Shown here: piece by piece, positions 55,165 through 64,000 of the stretch
How positions within the stretch are numbered: position 1 is the first letter of the stretch
Layout: each line of letters begins with the position of its first letter
NCBI GenBank assembly: GCA_944389145.1
Contig: CALXLH010000026.1
Location: 177-64,176, forward strand
DNA: 64,000 nt
Reading direction: 5' to 3'
Source of the DNA: an uncultured Spirochaetaceae bacterium
GTDB taxonomy: Bacteria; Spirochaetota; Spirochaetia; Sphaerochaetales; Sphaerochaetaceae
Position numbers and translations under genes: made by a program
The notes under the pieces: generated by a model
Databases searched by the model: none
Seen by the model: the letters and a program-made list of their open reading frames with translations, nothing else
Told to the model about the DNA's origin: nothing

Positions 55165-55176
55165 TCAAGGAGAGAG

Positions 55177-56775
55177 ATGATGGCAGAGCATATCTACATA
55201 TTCGACACTACCCTTAGGGATGGAGAGCAGGCTCCGGGCTACAGCATGAACCTGGAGGAGAAGATCAGGATGGCTAGGCAGCTTGAGACCCTAGGGGTGG
55301 ATATAATCGAAGCGGGCTTTGCCATCTCCTCGCCCGGCGACTTCGAGTCGGTCGAGGCTATATCAAAGGCGGTCAAGAACGTCACCGTGGCGTCTCTTGC
55401 CCGCGCGCTTAAGAAGGATATAGATGCGGCGTACAATGCCGTGAAAGGCGCAGAGAGTCCACGTATCCACGTATTTCTCGCGACTTCGGACCTTCATCTG
55501 CAGTATAAGCTGAAGATGTCACGCGATGAGGCGTTCGAGAGGATCAGCGAGAGCGTCAGGTACGCGCGCTCGCTCTGTCCCGATGTCGAGTTCTCCCTTG
55601 AGGACGCGACCAGGACGGATATCGACTACATGTGCCGCGTGGTCGAGGAGGCTATCAGGTGCGGTGCTACCACGATCAATCTTCCCGACACGGTCGGCTA
55701 TGCCTCTCCGACGGATATCACGGAGATGGTATCAGCGGTCCGTAACCGCGTGCCGAACATCGACAAGGCCGTGATCTCCATGCACTGCCATGATGACCTC
55801 GGGCTTGCTGTCGCAAACTCCCTCGCAGGAGTCAGGGCAGGAGCGAGGCAGATAGAATGCACGCTCTGCGGTATCGGAGAAAGGGCCGGAAACGCTCCGC
55901 TTGAGGAGGCCGTGATGGCGATGAGGACCCGGCCGGATCTCTATCCGTTCGATCTTTCGATCAAGACCGAGGAGCTGTTCCGCTCGGCGCGTCTTCTCTC
56001 GACGATCACGGGTGTCAAGATATTCCCGTCCAAGGCCATCGTGGGAGATAACGCGTTTGCCCATGAGTCGGGCATCCACCAGCATGGCATGATGGCCAAC
56101 TCCAAGACCTATGAGATCATGACCCCGGAGAGCGTGGGCGTGGTCAAGACGAGCTATGTGCTTGGCAAGCATTCTGGCCAGCACGCGTTCCGCAAGAAGC
56201 TTGAGGATCTTGGCTTCGTGCTTCCTGATAATGAGGTCGCCGAGCTCTTTGCATCGTTCAAGAACCTCTGCGACAGGAAGAAGAACGTGACAGACCGCGA
56301 TATCATCGCGCTTGTCGAGTCCACCGAGCATGACAGCGAGAAGAAGGTGTGGTCGCTTATCTCATACGTAGTGAACAGCGGCAACAAGATGACCAGCACC
56401 GCCTGCATCAGCCTGCAGAAGGAGGGGAAGGCCTATGAGGGCATCGCCTCGGGAACCGGACCTGTGTATGCGGCCCTGCGCGCTGTGGAGAAGATCATCC
56501 GCCATCCGTTCTCCCTTGAGGACTACCAGCTCCAGGCCGTTACCGAGCACCGTGATGCGCTCGGAGAGGCTATCGTGAAGATCTCGGACGGAGCCAATGT
56601 GTACAGGGGACGCGGCGTGTCCACGGATGTCATCGAGGCATCGATCCTTGCCTGCCTCTCAGCGGTGAACAGGATGCTCGATGGGGAGGCATCGTCCATC
56701 AGCGGCGGCGAGAGCGCCGTCACGATGTCCTTCGATAACGATATGCTGATGGGACATACGGATAAGGAGGCCTGA
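55177..56775 (+). CDS. leuA: 2-isopropylmalate synthase
   Basis: [19 protein letters not shown], and a C-terminal LeuA regulatory domain. Confidence 0.9.
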   Translation: MMAEHIYIFDTTLRDGEQAPGYSMNLEEKIRMARQLETLGVDIIEAGFAISSPGDFESVEAISKAVKNVTVASLARALKKDIDAAYNAVKGAESPRIHVFLATSDLHLQYKLKMSRDEAFERISESVRYARSLCPDVEFSLEDATRTDIDYMCRVVEEAIRCGATTINLPDTVGYASPTDITEMVSAVRNRVPNIDKAVISMHCHDDLGLAVANSLAGVRAGARQIECTLCGIGERAGNAPLEEAVMAMRTRPDLYPFDLSIKTEELFRSARLLSTITGVKIFPSKAIVGDNAFAHESGIHQHGMMANSKTYEIMTPESVGVVKTSYVLGKHSGQHAFRKKLEDLGFVLPDNEVAELFASFKNLCDRKKNVTDRDIIALVESTEHDSEKKVWSLISYVVNSGNKMTSTACISLQKEGKAYEGIASGTGPVYAALRAVEKIIRHPFSLEDYQLQAVTEHRDALGEAIVKISDGANVYRGRGVSTDVIEASILACLSAVNRMLDGEASSISGGESAVTMSFDNDMLMGHTDKEA

Positions 56776-56777
56776 GC

Positions 56778-58040
56778 ATGGGAATGACTATTACCGAGAA
56801 GATACTTGCCGCTGCCTCGCATGAGAAGGCCGTGCATCCTGGCCAGCTGATCATGGCGGACCTCTCGATGGTGCTTGGCAATGACATAACATCGCCGGTG
56901 GCGATCAAGGAGTTCCCGAAGTTCGGGAAGGAGCATGTCTTCGATCGCGGCAAGGTGGCCCTTGTTCCCGATCACTTCACTCCTAATAAGGATATAAAGG
57001 CTGCAGAGCAGTGCGCATGCGTCCGGGCCTTCGCCTCTGCCGAGGATATAACCAACTACTTCGAGGTAGGGGAGGTGGGCGTGGAGCATGCCCTTCTTCC
57101 GGAGAAGGGGCTGGTGACTGCCGGAGACGTGGTGATCGGCGCGGACAGCCACACATGCACATACGGTGCGCTTGGAGCGTTCTCCACCGGTGTCGGTTCC
57201 ACGGACATGGCTGCCGGCATGGCGATAGGCAAGGCCTGGTTCAAGGTGCCTGCCTCCATACGCTTCGATCTCAAGGGCTCTCTCCGTCCACGCGTGACGG
57301 GAAAGGACCTCATCCTCCATATCATAGGGATGATCGGCGTTGATGGCGCCCTCTACAAGGCGATGGAGTTCGCCGGTCCCGGCGTCTCTTCGCTGTCGAT
57401 GGATGACCGCTTCACGGTCTCAAACATGGCGATCGAGGCTGGCGCGAAGTGCGGCATCTTCCCCGTCGATGAGAAGACGCTCTCATACCTCAAGGAGCAT
57501 GGCGCCAAGGAGCCTAGGGTATTCTCATCCGATCCTGATGCGGAATACGAGAAGGTATATGAGATAGATCTTGCCACGGTCAATCCGACCGTTGCCTACC
57601 CGCATCTCCCGGAGAATGCCCATGACGCGTCTGAAGGAGCATCCATCGCGATAGACCAGGTCGTGATCGGAAGCTGCACCAACGGCAGGCTTTCGGACCT
57701 CAGGGCCGCGGCTGAGCTTTTCAGGGGACACCATGTTGCCAAGGGCCTCAGGTGCCTGATAATCCCAGCCACTCCGCGCATCTGGCGCGAGGCCATGGAT
57801 GAGGGCCTCTTCACCATCTTCACCGACGCCGGCTGCGTTATCTCTCCTCCTACATGCGGGCCATGCCTTGGAGGATACATGGGAATACTCAGCAAGGGGG
57901 AGAGGTGCGTTTCGACCACGAACCGCAACTTCGTTGGCAGGATGGGGCATCCAGAGAGCGAGGTCTATCTCGCATCCCCGTATACCGCGGCCGCGTCCGC
58001 GATAGCGGGACATATCGCTGATCCGGAGGATTTCTCATGA
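56778..58040 (+). CDS. leuC: 3-isopropylmalate dehydratase large subunit (short, 420-aa type)
   Basis: Aconitase-family Cys ligand motifs DSHTCT, GSCTNGR, CGPCLG. Confidence 0.9.
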   Translation: MGMTITEKILAAASHEKAVHPGQLIMADLSMVLGNDITSPVAIKEFPKFGKEHVFDRGKVALVPDHFTPNKDIKAAEQCACVRAFASAEDITNYFEVGEVGVEHALLPEKGLVTAGDVVIGADSHTCTYGALGAFSTGVGSTDMAAGMAIGKAWFKVPASIRFDLKGSLRPRVTGKDLILHIIGMIGVDGALYKAMEFAGPGVSSLSMDDRFTVSNMAIEAGAKCGIFPVDEKTLSYLKEHGAKEPRVFSSDPDAEYEKVYEIDLATVNPTVAYPHLPENAHDASEGASIAIDQVVIGSCTNGRLSDLRAAAELFRGHHVAKGLRCLIIPATPRIWREAMDEGLFTIFTDAGCVISPPTCGPCLGGYMGILSKGERCVSTTNRNFVGRMGHPESEVYLASPYTAAASAIAGHIADPEDFS

Positions 58041-58525
58041 AGGCAGAAGGAAAGGTTTTCCGCTACGGGAATAATGTTGATACCGATGTGATCATCCCTG
58101 CGAGGTACCTCAATACCTCCGACCATGCCGAGCTTGCCTCGCACTGCATGGAGGATATAGATCCAGATTTCGTCAGGAAGGTAGAGAAGGGCGACATAAT
58201 CGTTGCCGGACGCAACTTCGGCTGCGGCTCCTCGCGCGAGCATGCGCCTATAGCCATAAAGGCCTCAGGCGTAAGCTGCGTCATCGCGGAGTCCTTCGCC
58301 AGGATCTTCTACCGCAACTCGCTGAATATCGGGCTGCCGATCCTTGAGTGCAAGGCTGCGTCCGAGGAGATTGCCGATGGCGACAAGGTCTCTGTCGATT
58401 ACTCCACTGGCGTCATCACAGATGAGACGACGGGAAAGAGCTATCAGGCTGAGCCGTTTCCCCCGTTCATGCAGAGCCTCATCCAGGCGGGCGGGCTTGC
58501 CGCCTACATCAAGGAGAATTTCTGA
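58037..58525 (+). CDS. leuD: 3-isopropylmalate dehydratase small subunit
   Basis: [13 protein letters not shown] motif. 162 aa. Confidence 0.9.
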   Translation: MKAEGKVFRYGNNVDTDVIIPARYLNTSDHAELASHCMEDIDPDFVRKVEKGDIIVAGRNFGCGSSREHAPIAIKASGVSCVIAESFARIFYRNSLNIGLPILECKAASEEIADGDKVSVDYSTGVITDETTGKSYQAEPFPPFMQSLIQAGGLAAYIKENF

Positions 58526-59592
58526 TGGATATGAAGATTGCGCTTGTTCCAGGCGATGGGATCGGTCCTGATATCGTCCGAGAGGCCGTGCGCGTGCTTG
58601 ACCGCGTGGCTTCTGCCTATGGGCATTCTATAAGCTATGAGGAGGTCGATGCCGGCGGCATCTCAATCGACAGGTACGGCATACCGCTCACGGAGGATGC
58701 CCTTGAGAAGGCAAAGGCTGCCGATGCGGTCCTCCTTGGTGCCGTAGGCGGCCCTAAGTGGGATGGCGTTCCCGGCCCGAAGCGGCCGGAGAAGGGGCTG
58801 CTGGGCCTCAGGAGCGGCCTCGGGCTCTTCTGCAACTTCCGTCCTGCCGTGATCTATCCTGAGCTTTCCGCGGCATCGCCGCTGAAGGATTCCATCATCA
58901 CGAGGGGAGTCGATCTCCTGGTGGTAAGGGAGCTTACCGGCGGCATATACTTCGGAGAGAGGGGCAGGAGCGATGACGGCGAGGAGGCCTACGATACGAT
59001 GAGGTACTCCAGAGGAGAGATCAGGCGCATCGCAGCCAAGGCATTCGAGGCGGCAATGGGCCGCAGGAGGAAGGTCACCCTCGTGGATAAGGCCAACGTG
59101 CTTGAGTCATCAAGGCTCTGGAGGGAGACGGTCTCCGAGCTCGCCGCGTCATACCCTGAGGTCGAGCTTGACTTCATGTATGTCGACAATGCCGCCATGC
59201 AGCTCGTCAGGGATCCATCCCGCTTCGATGTGCTTCTGACGGAGAACATGTTTGGCGACATACTCTCCGATGAGGCATCGATGATCACGGGATCGATCGG
59301 AATGCTGTCATCAGCATCCCTCAGGGAGGACAGCTTCGGCATGTACGAGCCTATCCATGGCTCTGCTCCGGACATCGCGGGAAAGGATATTGCTAATCCG
59401 ATCGCCACGATACTCTCCGCCGCGTCCATGCTCCGTTATTCCTTCTCCCTTGAGAAGGAGGCCGCTGCGATCGAGAGCGCCGTGAAGAGCGCACTCTCTG
59501 ATGGCATCCGTACCCGTGATATCGCCGTCGAGGGAGAGAAGACCGTCGGTACCGTCGAGTGCGGACGTGAGATAGAAGGAAGGATAGGATGA
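58525..59592 (+). CDS. leuB: 3-isopropylmalate dehydrogenase
   Basis: [13 protein letters not shown] and [21 protein letters not shown]. Confidence 0.9.
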   Translation: MDMKIALVPGDGIGPDIVREAVRVLDRVASAYGHSISYEEVDAGGISIDRYGIPLTEDALEKAKAADAVLLGAVGGPKWDGVPGPKRPEKGLLGLRSGLGLFCNFRPAVIYPELSAASPLKDSIITRGVDLLVVRELTGGIYFGERGRSDDGEEAYDTMRYSRGEIRRIAAKAFEAAMGRRRKVTLVDKANVLESSRLWRETVSELAASYPEVELDFMYVDNAAMQLVRDPSRFDVLLTENMFGDILSDEASMITGSIGMLSSASLREDSFGMYEPIHGSAPDIAGKDIANPIATILSAASMLRYSFSLEKEAAAIESAVKSALSDGIRTRDIAVEGEKTVGTVECGREIEGRIG

Positions 59593-61262
59593 GATCTGAT
59601 CAGATGAAGAAGGGTGTCCAGAAGGCACCTCATAGATCGTTGATGAAGGCCCTCGGATGGACCGACCGGGAGATCGCGATGCCGACGATCGGCATAGTCT
59701 CCGCCCATAATGAGATAATCCCGGGGCACATTGAGCTGGACAGGATCACCGAGGCCGTGAAGGCCGGCGTCAGGGAGAACGGCGGCAACCCCGTCATGTT
59801 CCCTGTCATCGGTGTCTGCGATGGCATCGCGATGGGCCATAAGGGCATGAAGTACTCCCTTGCCTCCCGTGAGCTTATCGCGGACAGCATAGAGGTGATG
59901 GCTACCGCGCATCCGTTCGATGCCCTGGTCTTCATCCCCAACTGCGATAAGATCGTGCCTGGCATGCTCATGGCTGCAGCCCGCCTCGATATACCCTCGA
60001 TATTCGTCTCCGGCGGTCCTATGCTCGCTGGCCATATAAAGGGAGGGGACAGGAGGGGCATGAGCCTTTCCTCGATGTTCGAGGCCGTCGGGCGCTATGC
60101 CGACGGAAAGATGAGCGATGAGGAGTTCCTTGACTGGGAGAACAGCGCCTGTCCTTCCTGCGGCTCATGCTCCGGCATGTATACCGCCAACTCGATGAAC
60201 TGCCTTACGGAGGTCATCGGCATGGCGCTTCCCGGCAATGGCACGATCCCTGCCGTCTACTCGGAGAGGGTGAGGCTTGCAAAGGAGACGGGCTATCAGG
60301 TGATGGAGCTGCTGAAGAAGGGCATAACGAGCCGCGCGATCATGACGGAAGAGGCCTTCATGAACGCCCTTTCCGTAGATATGGCCCTCGGCTGCTCGAC
60401 GAACACGATGCTCCACCTGCCGGCTATCGCCCATGAGGCCGGCATCGAGATAGATATCTTCAAGGCCAACGATATAAGCCGGCGTGTCCCTAATCTCTGC
60501 CATCTGGCCCCTGCGGGTCCCCATCACATCGAGGATCTTTATCAGGCAGGCGGGGTGATGGCCGTGATGAAGGAGCTCGATAAGCGCTCGCTGCTCTCCC
60601 GCGATCTTCTTACGGTGACCGGCGGCACGATCTCCGAGTCCTATTCGAAGGCGCGCAATACCGATCCTGAGGTTATCCGTCCGATTGAAGATCCGTATTC
60701 GGAGACCGGCGGCATAGCGGTGCTTTCCGGAACGCTCGCTCCTGAGGGGGCGGTCGTGAAGAAGAGCGCGGTTGCTCCCGAGATGCTCGTTCATAAGGGG
60801 CCTGCCCGCGTCTTCAACAGCGAGGAGGAGGCCAGCGAGGCGATCTTCGGCAGGAAGATCAACCCCGGTGATGTCATCATCATCCGCTATGAGGGTCCGA
60901 AGGGCGGACCGGGAATGAGGGAGATGCTTGGACCGACATCCGCGATCCAGGGCATGGGGCTCGGTACCTCTGTCGCGCTCATCACGGATGGCCGCTTCTC
61001 CGGCGCTACCCGCGGCGCGTCCATCGGCCACGTCTCTCCCGAGGCTGCTTCCGGCGGACCGATAGGCCTTGTCGAGGAAGGGGATGAGATCCTCATAGAT
61101 ATCCCGAACGAGAGGCTTGACCTCCTTGTGGATGAGAGCGTCCTTGCCGAGAGGAGGAAGGCCTACAAGCCTCATGAGAGCGAGATAAGGAGCGGGTATC
61201 TCTATAGGTATTCGAAGCATGTCACGTCCGCGCGTCAGGGTGCGGTTCTGCTGGAGGACTGA
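59589..61262 (+). CDS. ilvD: dihydroxy-acid dehydratase
   Basis: [34 protein letters not shown]. Confidence 0.9.
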   Translation: MRSDQMKKGVQKAPHRSLMKALGWTDREIAMPTIGIVSAHNEIIPGHIELDRITEAVKAGVRENGGNPVMFPVIGVCDGIAMGHKGMKYSLASRELIADSIEVMATAHPFDALVFIPNCDKIVPGMLMAAARLDIPSIFVSGGPMLAGHIKGGDRRGMSLSSMFEAVGRYADGKMSDEEFLDWENSACPSCGSCSGMYTANSMNCLTEVIGMALPGNGTIPAVYSERVRLAKETGYQVMELLKKGITSRAIMTEEAFMNALSVDMALGCSTNTMLHLPAIAHEAGIEIDIFKANDISRRVPNLCHLAPAGPHHIEDLYQAGGVMAVMKELDKRSLLSRDLLTVTGGTISESYSKARNTDPEVIRPIEDPYSETGGIAVLSGTLAPEGAVVKKSAVAPEMLVHKGPARVFNSEEEASEAIFGRKINPGDVIIIRYEGPKGGPGMREMLGPTSAIQGMGLGTSVALITDGRFSGATRGASIGHVSPEAASGGPIGLVEEGDEILIDIPNERLDLLVDESVLAERRKAYKPHESEIRSGYLYRYSKHVTSARQGAVLLED

Positions 61263-62948
61263 TTGAAGATCACAGGTGCTGATATAATCGTTGAATGTCT
61301 GATCGAGGAGGGTGTCGATACCGTCTTCGGCTATCCCGGAGGGCAGGTTATCCCGCTCTATGATGCGCTCTACCGCAACAAGGGCAGGATCCGCCATATC
61401 CTTACCGCCCATGAGCAGGGAGCGAGCCACGCCGCCGATGGCTATGCCCGCTCCACAGGGCGCCCTGGCGTATGCATCGCCACGTCAGGCCCTGGTGCCA
61501 CCAACCTCGTGACGGGCCTTGCGACTGCGTACATGGACTCGGTCCCGATGGTTGCCATAACCGGTAACGTTCCGATGGCCCTGCTTGGCAAGGACAGCTT
61601 CCAGGAGGTTGATATCGCGGGCATAACCCTCGCGATAACCAAGCATAACTACATCGTGAACAGGATCGAGGATCTTGCCGCCACGATCCGCGAGGCATTC
61701 TATATCGCGAAGGAAGGGCGCCCCGGCCCTGTCCTGATCGATGTTCCCAAGAACGTGCAGGAAGGGCTCTATGAGTTCGAGAACGAACCGGTGAGGGAGG
61801 TGCTTCCCGTGCAGTCAAGGCTGAAGGCGAAGGACCTTGAGGCTGCAGTCGAGCTGATAAGGTCCTCAGAGCGTCCGATGTGCTATATCGGCGGCGGCGT
61901 CATCCGCTCTGATTCCTCGGATCTGGTGAATCAGTTCATCGAGCGCATCGATGCCCCCGTCGGCTCATCGCTGATGGGACTTGGTGCCGTGCCTGCATCC
62001 TCCGAGCGCTTCACGGGAATGATCGGAATGCATGGCACGAGGCTGTCGAACACCTCGATCAATGGCTGTGACCTGCTCATAGTGATCGGGGCACGGTTCT
62101 CTGACCGCGTGATATCGAAGGGGAGCACATTCGCCCGCCAGGCACGCATCATCCAGATCGATGTCGATCCCGCCGAGTTCAATAAGAACATCATGACTGA
62201 GATCCATATAGTGGCTGATGTGAAGGTTGCCCTTGAGCGTCTTCTCGCGATGCTTCCTGAGAAGCTTTCCCATAAGGCATGGATGGACGAGATCGCTCAG
62301 AAGAGAAGGCGCTTCCCTGTCCAGGTATCCACGGCAGCCTCCAGGCCGAAGGAGATACTTGAGGCCCTTGAGAGCGTGCTTCCAGAGGATAGCTACATCA
62401 CGACGGAGGTCGGCCAGCATCAGATGTGGGCCGCGCAGTTCCTCAAAGGCCATAAGCCTCGCCATTTCCTCACGTCAGGAGGACTTGGAACGATGGGCTA
62501 CGGCACCGGCGCCTCCATCGGAACGCAGGTATCGCATCCGGGAGCGAGGGTAGTGAACATCGCAGGAGACGGGTCGTTCAGGATGAACTGCAACGAGCTT
62601 GCCACGATCGCGCGCTATCAGCTTCCGGTCATCATACTCGTGATGAACAACCATGCCCTCGGCATGGTAAGGCAGTGGCAGACGCTCTTCTACGACCGCC
62701 ATTATTCAGAGACGACGCTGGATACGCCGCTTGACTGGGTGACCCTTGCGAAGGCCTACGGCATCGAGGGAATGAGGCTGATGCCTGAGGATGATCCGAA
62801 GGAAGTGCTCGAGAAGGCCGTCAAGCTCGGAAAGGCCGTCGTGATAGATGCCATCATCCCGACCGATGACAAGGTCTATCCAATGGTCGCTCCCGGCGCC
62901 TCTATCTCCGACATGATCGGCTTCGTGGACATGGAGTCACTGGATTAA
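61263..62948 (+). CDS. ilvB: acetolactate synthase large (catalytic) subunit
   Basis: FGYPGG, TPP motif GDGSF...NN, 561 aa. TTG start immediately after the ilvD stop. Confidence 0.9.
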   Translation: MKITGADIIVECLIEEGVDTVFGYPGGQVIPLYDALYRNKGRIRHILTAHEQGASHAADGYARSTGRPGVCIATSGPGATNLVTGLATAYMDSVPMVAITGNVPMALLGKDSFQEVDIAGITLAITKHNYIVNRIEDLAATIREAFYIAKEGRPGPVLIDVPKNVQEGLYEFENEPVREVLPVQSRLKAKDLEAAVELIRSSERPMCYIGGGVIRSDSSDLVNQFIERIDAPVGSSLMGLGAVPASSERFTGMIGMHGTRLSNTSINGCDLLIVIGARFSDRVISKGSTFARQARIIQIDVDPAEFNKNIMTEIHIVADVKVALERLLAMLPEKLSHKAWMDEIAQKRRRFPVQVSTAASRPKEILEALESVLPEDSYITTEVGQHQMWAAQFLKGHKPRHFLTSGGLGTMGYGTGASIGTQVSHPGARVVNIAGDGSFRMNCNELATIARYQLPVIILVMNNHALGMVRQWQTLFYDRHYSETTLDTPLDWVTLAKAYGIEGMRLMPEDDPKEVLEKAVKLGKAVVIDAIIPTDDKVYPMVAPGASISDMIGFVDMESLD

Positions 62949-62976
62949 AAAGAAAACAGATAACACTTACTTTAGA

Positions 62977-63000
62977 CTAAGGGCCCGATCGGGCCCTTAG
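62977..63000. terminator. bidirectional hairpin between convergent ilvB and the AlbA_2-like gene
   Basis: 24-nt perfect palindrome CTAAGGGCCCGATCGGGCCCTTAG. Confidence 0.6.
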
Positions 63001-63037
63001 TGCTTAAGTAGTAGTAAATTACAAAAAGGATAATTGA

Positions 63038-64000
63038 TCACTCAAGTACGTTCCAGCCGCCTTTCTTATCACTACCGAATCTTTGTATCTTTTTCGCTTT
63101 TATCAGATTCTGGATTAATCGCCTTGCCGTTGTGTATGAGACATTTAGTTCTGTAGAGATGTTAGAGTAGGTTGCCGATGGGTTTTCCCTTAACAGAGCC
63201 AAGAGCCTTCCTGCATTTGTCTCATTTACCTGCTCATTTACCTGCTCATTTACCTGCTCAGCCGGTCTTATATCTAGCTCTTTTCTATAGAATATGACCA
63301 CGAATCCTGACTTCTGCACCTCGAACTCGCATCTGCATCCGCTTTCATTACAGGCATCGACTATGCGCTTGAGACCAGTGCCGAAGCTTTCGATATCCTT
63401 TGAGTAATATAGGATCGAGGCAATGAGGGGGTTACGGCGGACAGGACGCTTTCTGCCGTCTATGAAGTCCCGTGGAGATAATCCCGAAGGAAACGTTCCT
63501 GGATTGTATATCTCAACCCTGTCCGGATGTATTGTCACCTCATTGGATTGGCAGGCTCCGTAGTCCTTATGGCAAAATGAGTTCATGAGGGCTTCTCTTA
63601 CGGCATCCAAAGGGATTTCCGGGATCTCTTTCCGCTGAAGCGATCCGTCGAATTCGACTCTCCACCGGATATTGCTTGCTATGTATCTTTCAGCCCGTGC
63701 GACGAGTTCGAATATAGGAGCTCTTTCCCTCTGGATATCGAGGAAGGTGAGGCGTTCCTTTCCTGCGAAGATCGCCATCTGTATCTCTGCATACAGGCTT
63801 TCGTGGAAGAGGACCATCCCTGCATTAAGGAGCCTGTTGCCGTTTGTGAGCATCAGCTTATCGAGAGTGGTTTCCTTGTCCTGATATTCGAATGTTATCC
63901 TCTTTGCTGATATCCCTCTATCGATATAGCTCTTCACCAGCTTCTCATCGACCTGATCAACCGTGAATGGTGATATCTGCTTTTCCCAAGGATCCTCAGA
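63038..64000 (-). CDS. AlbA_2/Schlafen-like putative ATP-dependent DNA-binding protein with HATPase_c_4 and C-terminal wHTH (N-terminus off the window)
   Basis: ...NSFCHKDY...RRNPLIASILYYSKDIESFGTGLKRI... plus a C-terminal HTH (ATYSNISTELNVSYTTARRLIQNL). The frame stays open past the track GTG 63937 to base 64000 (SEDPWEKQISPFTVDQVDEKL). Confidence 0.7.
   Translation of the reverse strand, partial: SEDPWEKQISPFTVDQVDEKLVKSYIDRGISAKRITFEYQDKETTLDKLMLTNGNRLLNAGMVLFHESLYAEIQMAIFAGKERLTFLDIQRERAPIFELVARAERYIASNIRWRVEFDGSLQRKEIPEIPLDAVREALMNSFCHKDYGACQSNEVTIHPDRVEIYNPGTFPSGLSPRDFIDGRKRPVRRNPLIASILYYSKDIESFGTGLKRIVDACNESGCRCEFEVQKSGFVVIFYRKELDIRPAEQVNEQVNEQVNETNAGRLLALLRENPSATYSNISTELNVSYTTARRLIQNLIKAKKIQRFGSDKKGGWNVLE
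63221..63256. repeat. in-frame 12-bp tandem repeat (3 copies) inside the AlbA_2-like gene
   Basis: CTCATTTACCTG x 3 on the plus strand, encoding (EQVN)3 in the linker before the C-terminal HTH. Confidence 0.9.

Noticed and set aside
60165-61430. Long antisense ORFs inside housekeeping genes: this 421-aa ORF opposite ilvD, and also 40327..41163, 44438..45364, 29367..30005, 18580..19158 and 56523..57320.
   Set aside because: Their Arg/Gly/Ala/Pro-rich, low-complexity translations are typical of the reverse frame of GC-rich coding DNA. The sense-strand genes carry clear family motifs.

Overview
Chromosomal window of about 64 kb from a moderately GC-rich bacterium. It looks anaerobic (NfnAB-like oxidoreductase, clostridial ferredoxin, radical SAM enzyme) and diderm (lipoproteins, secreted proteins ending in Phe). 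A spirochaete-like origin is only a guess. Most of the window is densely packed housekeeping genes, many with 1-11 nt start/stop overlaps: pepT, nfo, an M16 peptidase, cdaA-cdaR-acpS-truA-UDG-like-priA, hsp20, nfnAB-like, purU-xseBA, topB, dapB-dapA-dapL-lysA, an amino-acid ABC transporter, and an 8-gene ilv/leu operon. I found one tRNA (tRNA-Phe). I recognised no rRNA, CRISPR array, integrase or transposase. There are four accessory-looking patches. (1) At the left edge, a GNAT-toxin pair. (2) At 21.2-30.5 kb, after tRNA-Phe: a permease, a TetR module, a GyrI-like protein, then an orphan radical SAM/SPASM enzyme with AraC and SufC/SufBD-like genes bracketed by two paralogous YczE-like membrane proteins, ending at a tRNA-like element with no anticodon arm. 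(3) At 45.9-48.9 kb: about 750 bp with no convincing gene, carrying palindromes and 3 x 24-bp tandem repeats, followed by a DUF4143-type AAA+/nuclease and an HTH protein with a degenerate Fic motif. (4) At the right edge, an AlbA_2/Schlafen-like ATPase. The best-supported regulatory signals are an Ile/Leu/Val-rich leader peptide with alternative hairpins (attenuator) before the ilv/leu operon, a sigma-54-type promoter before hsp20, a TGTTAT-motif palindrome and repeats before dapB, and an SD-sequestering hairpin before the second YczE-like gene. All family assignments come from reading motifs in the translations; no database search was run.
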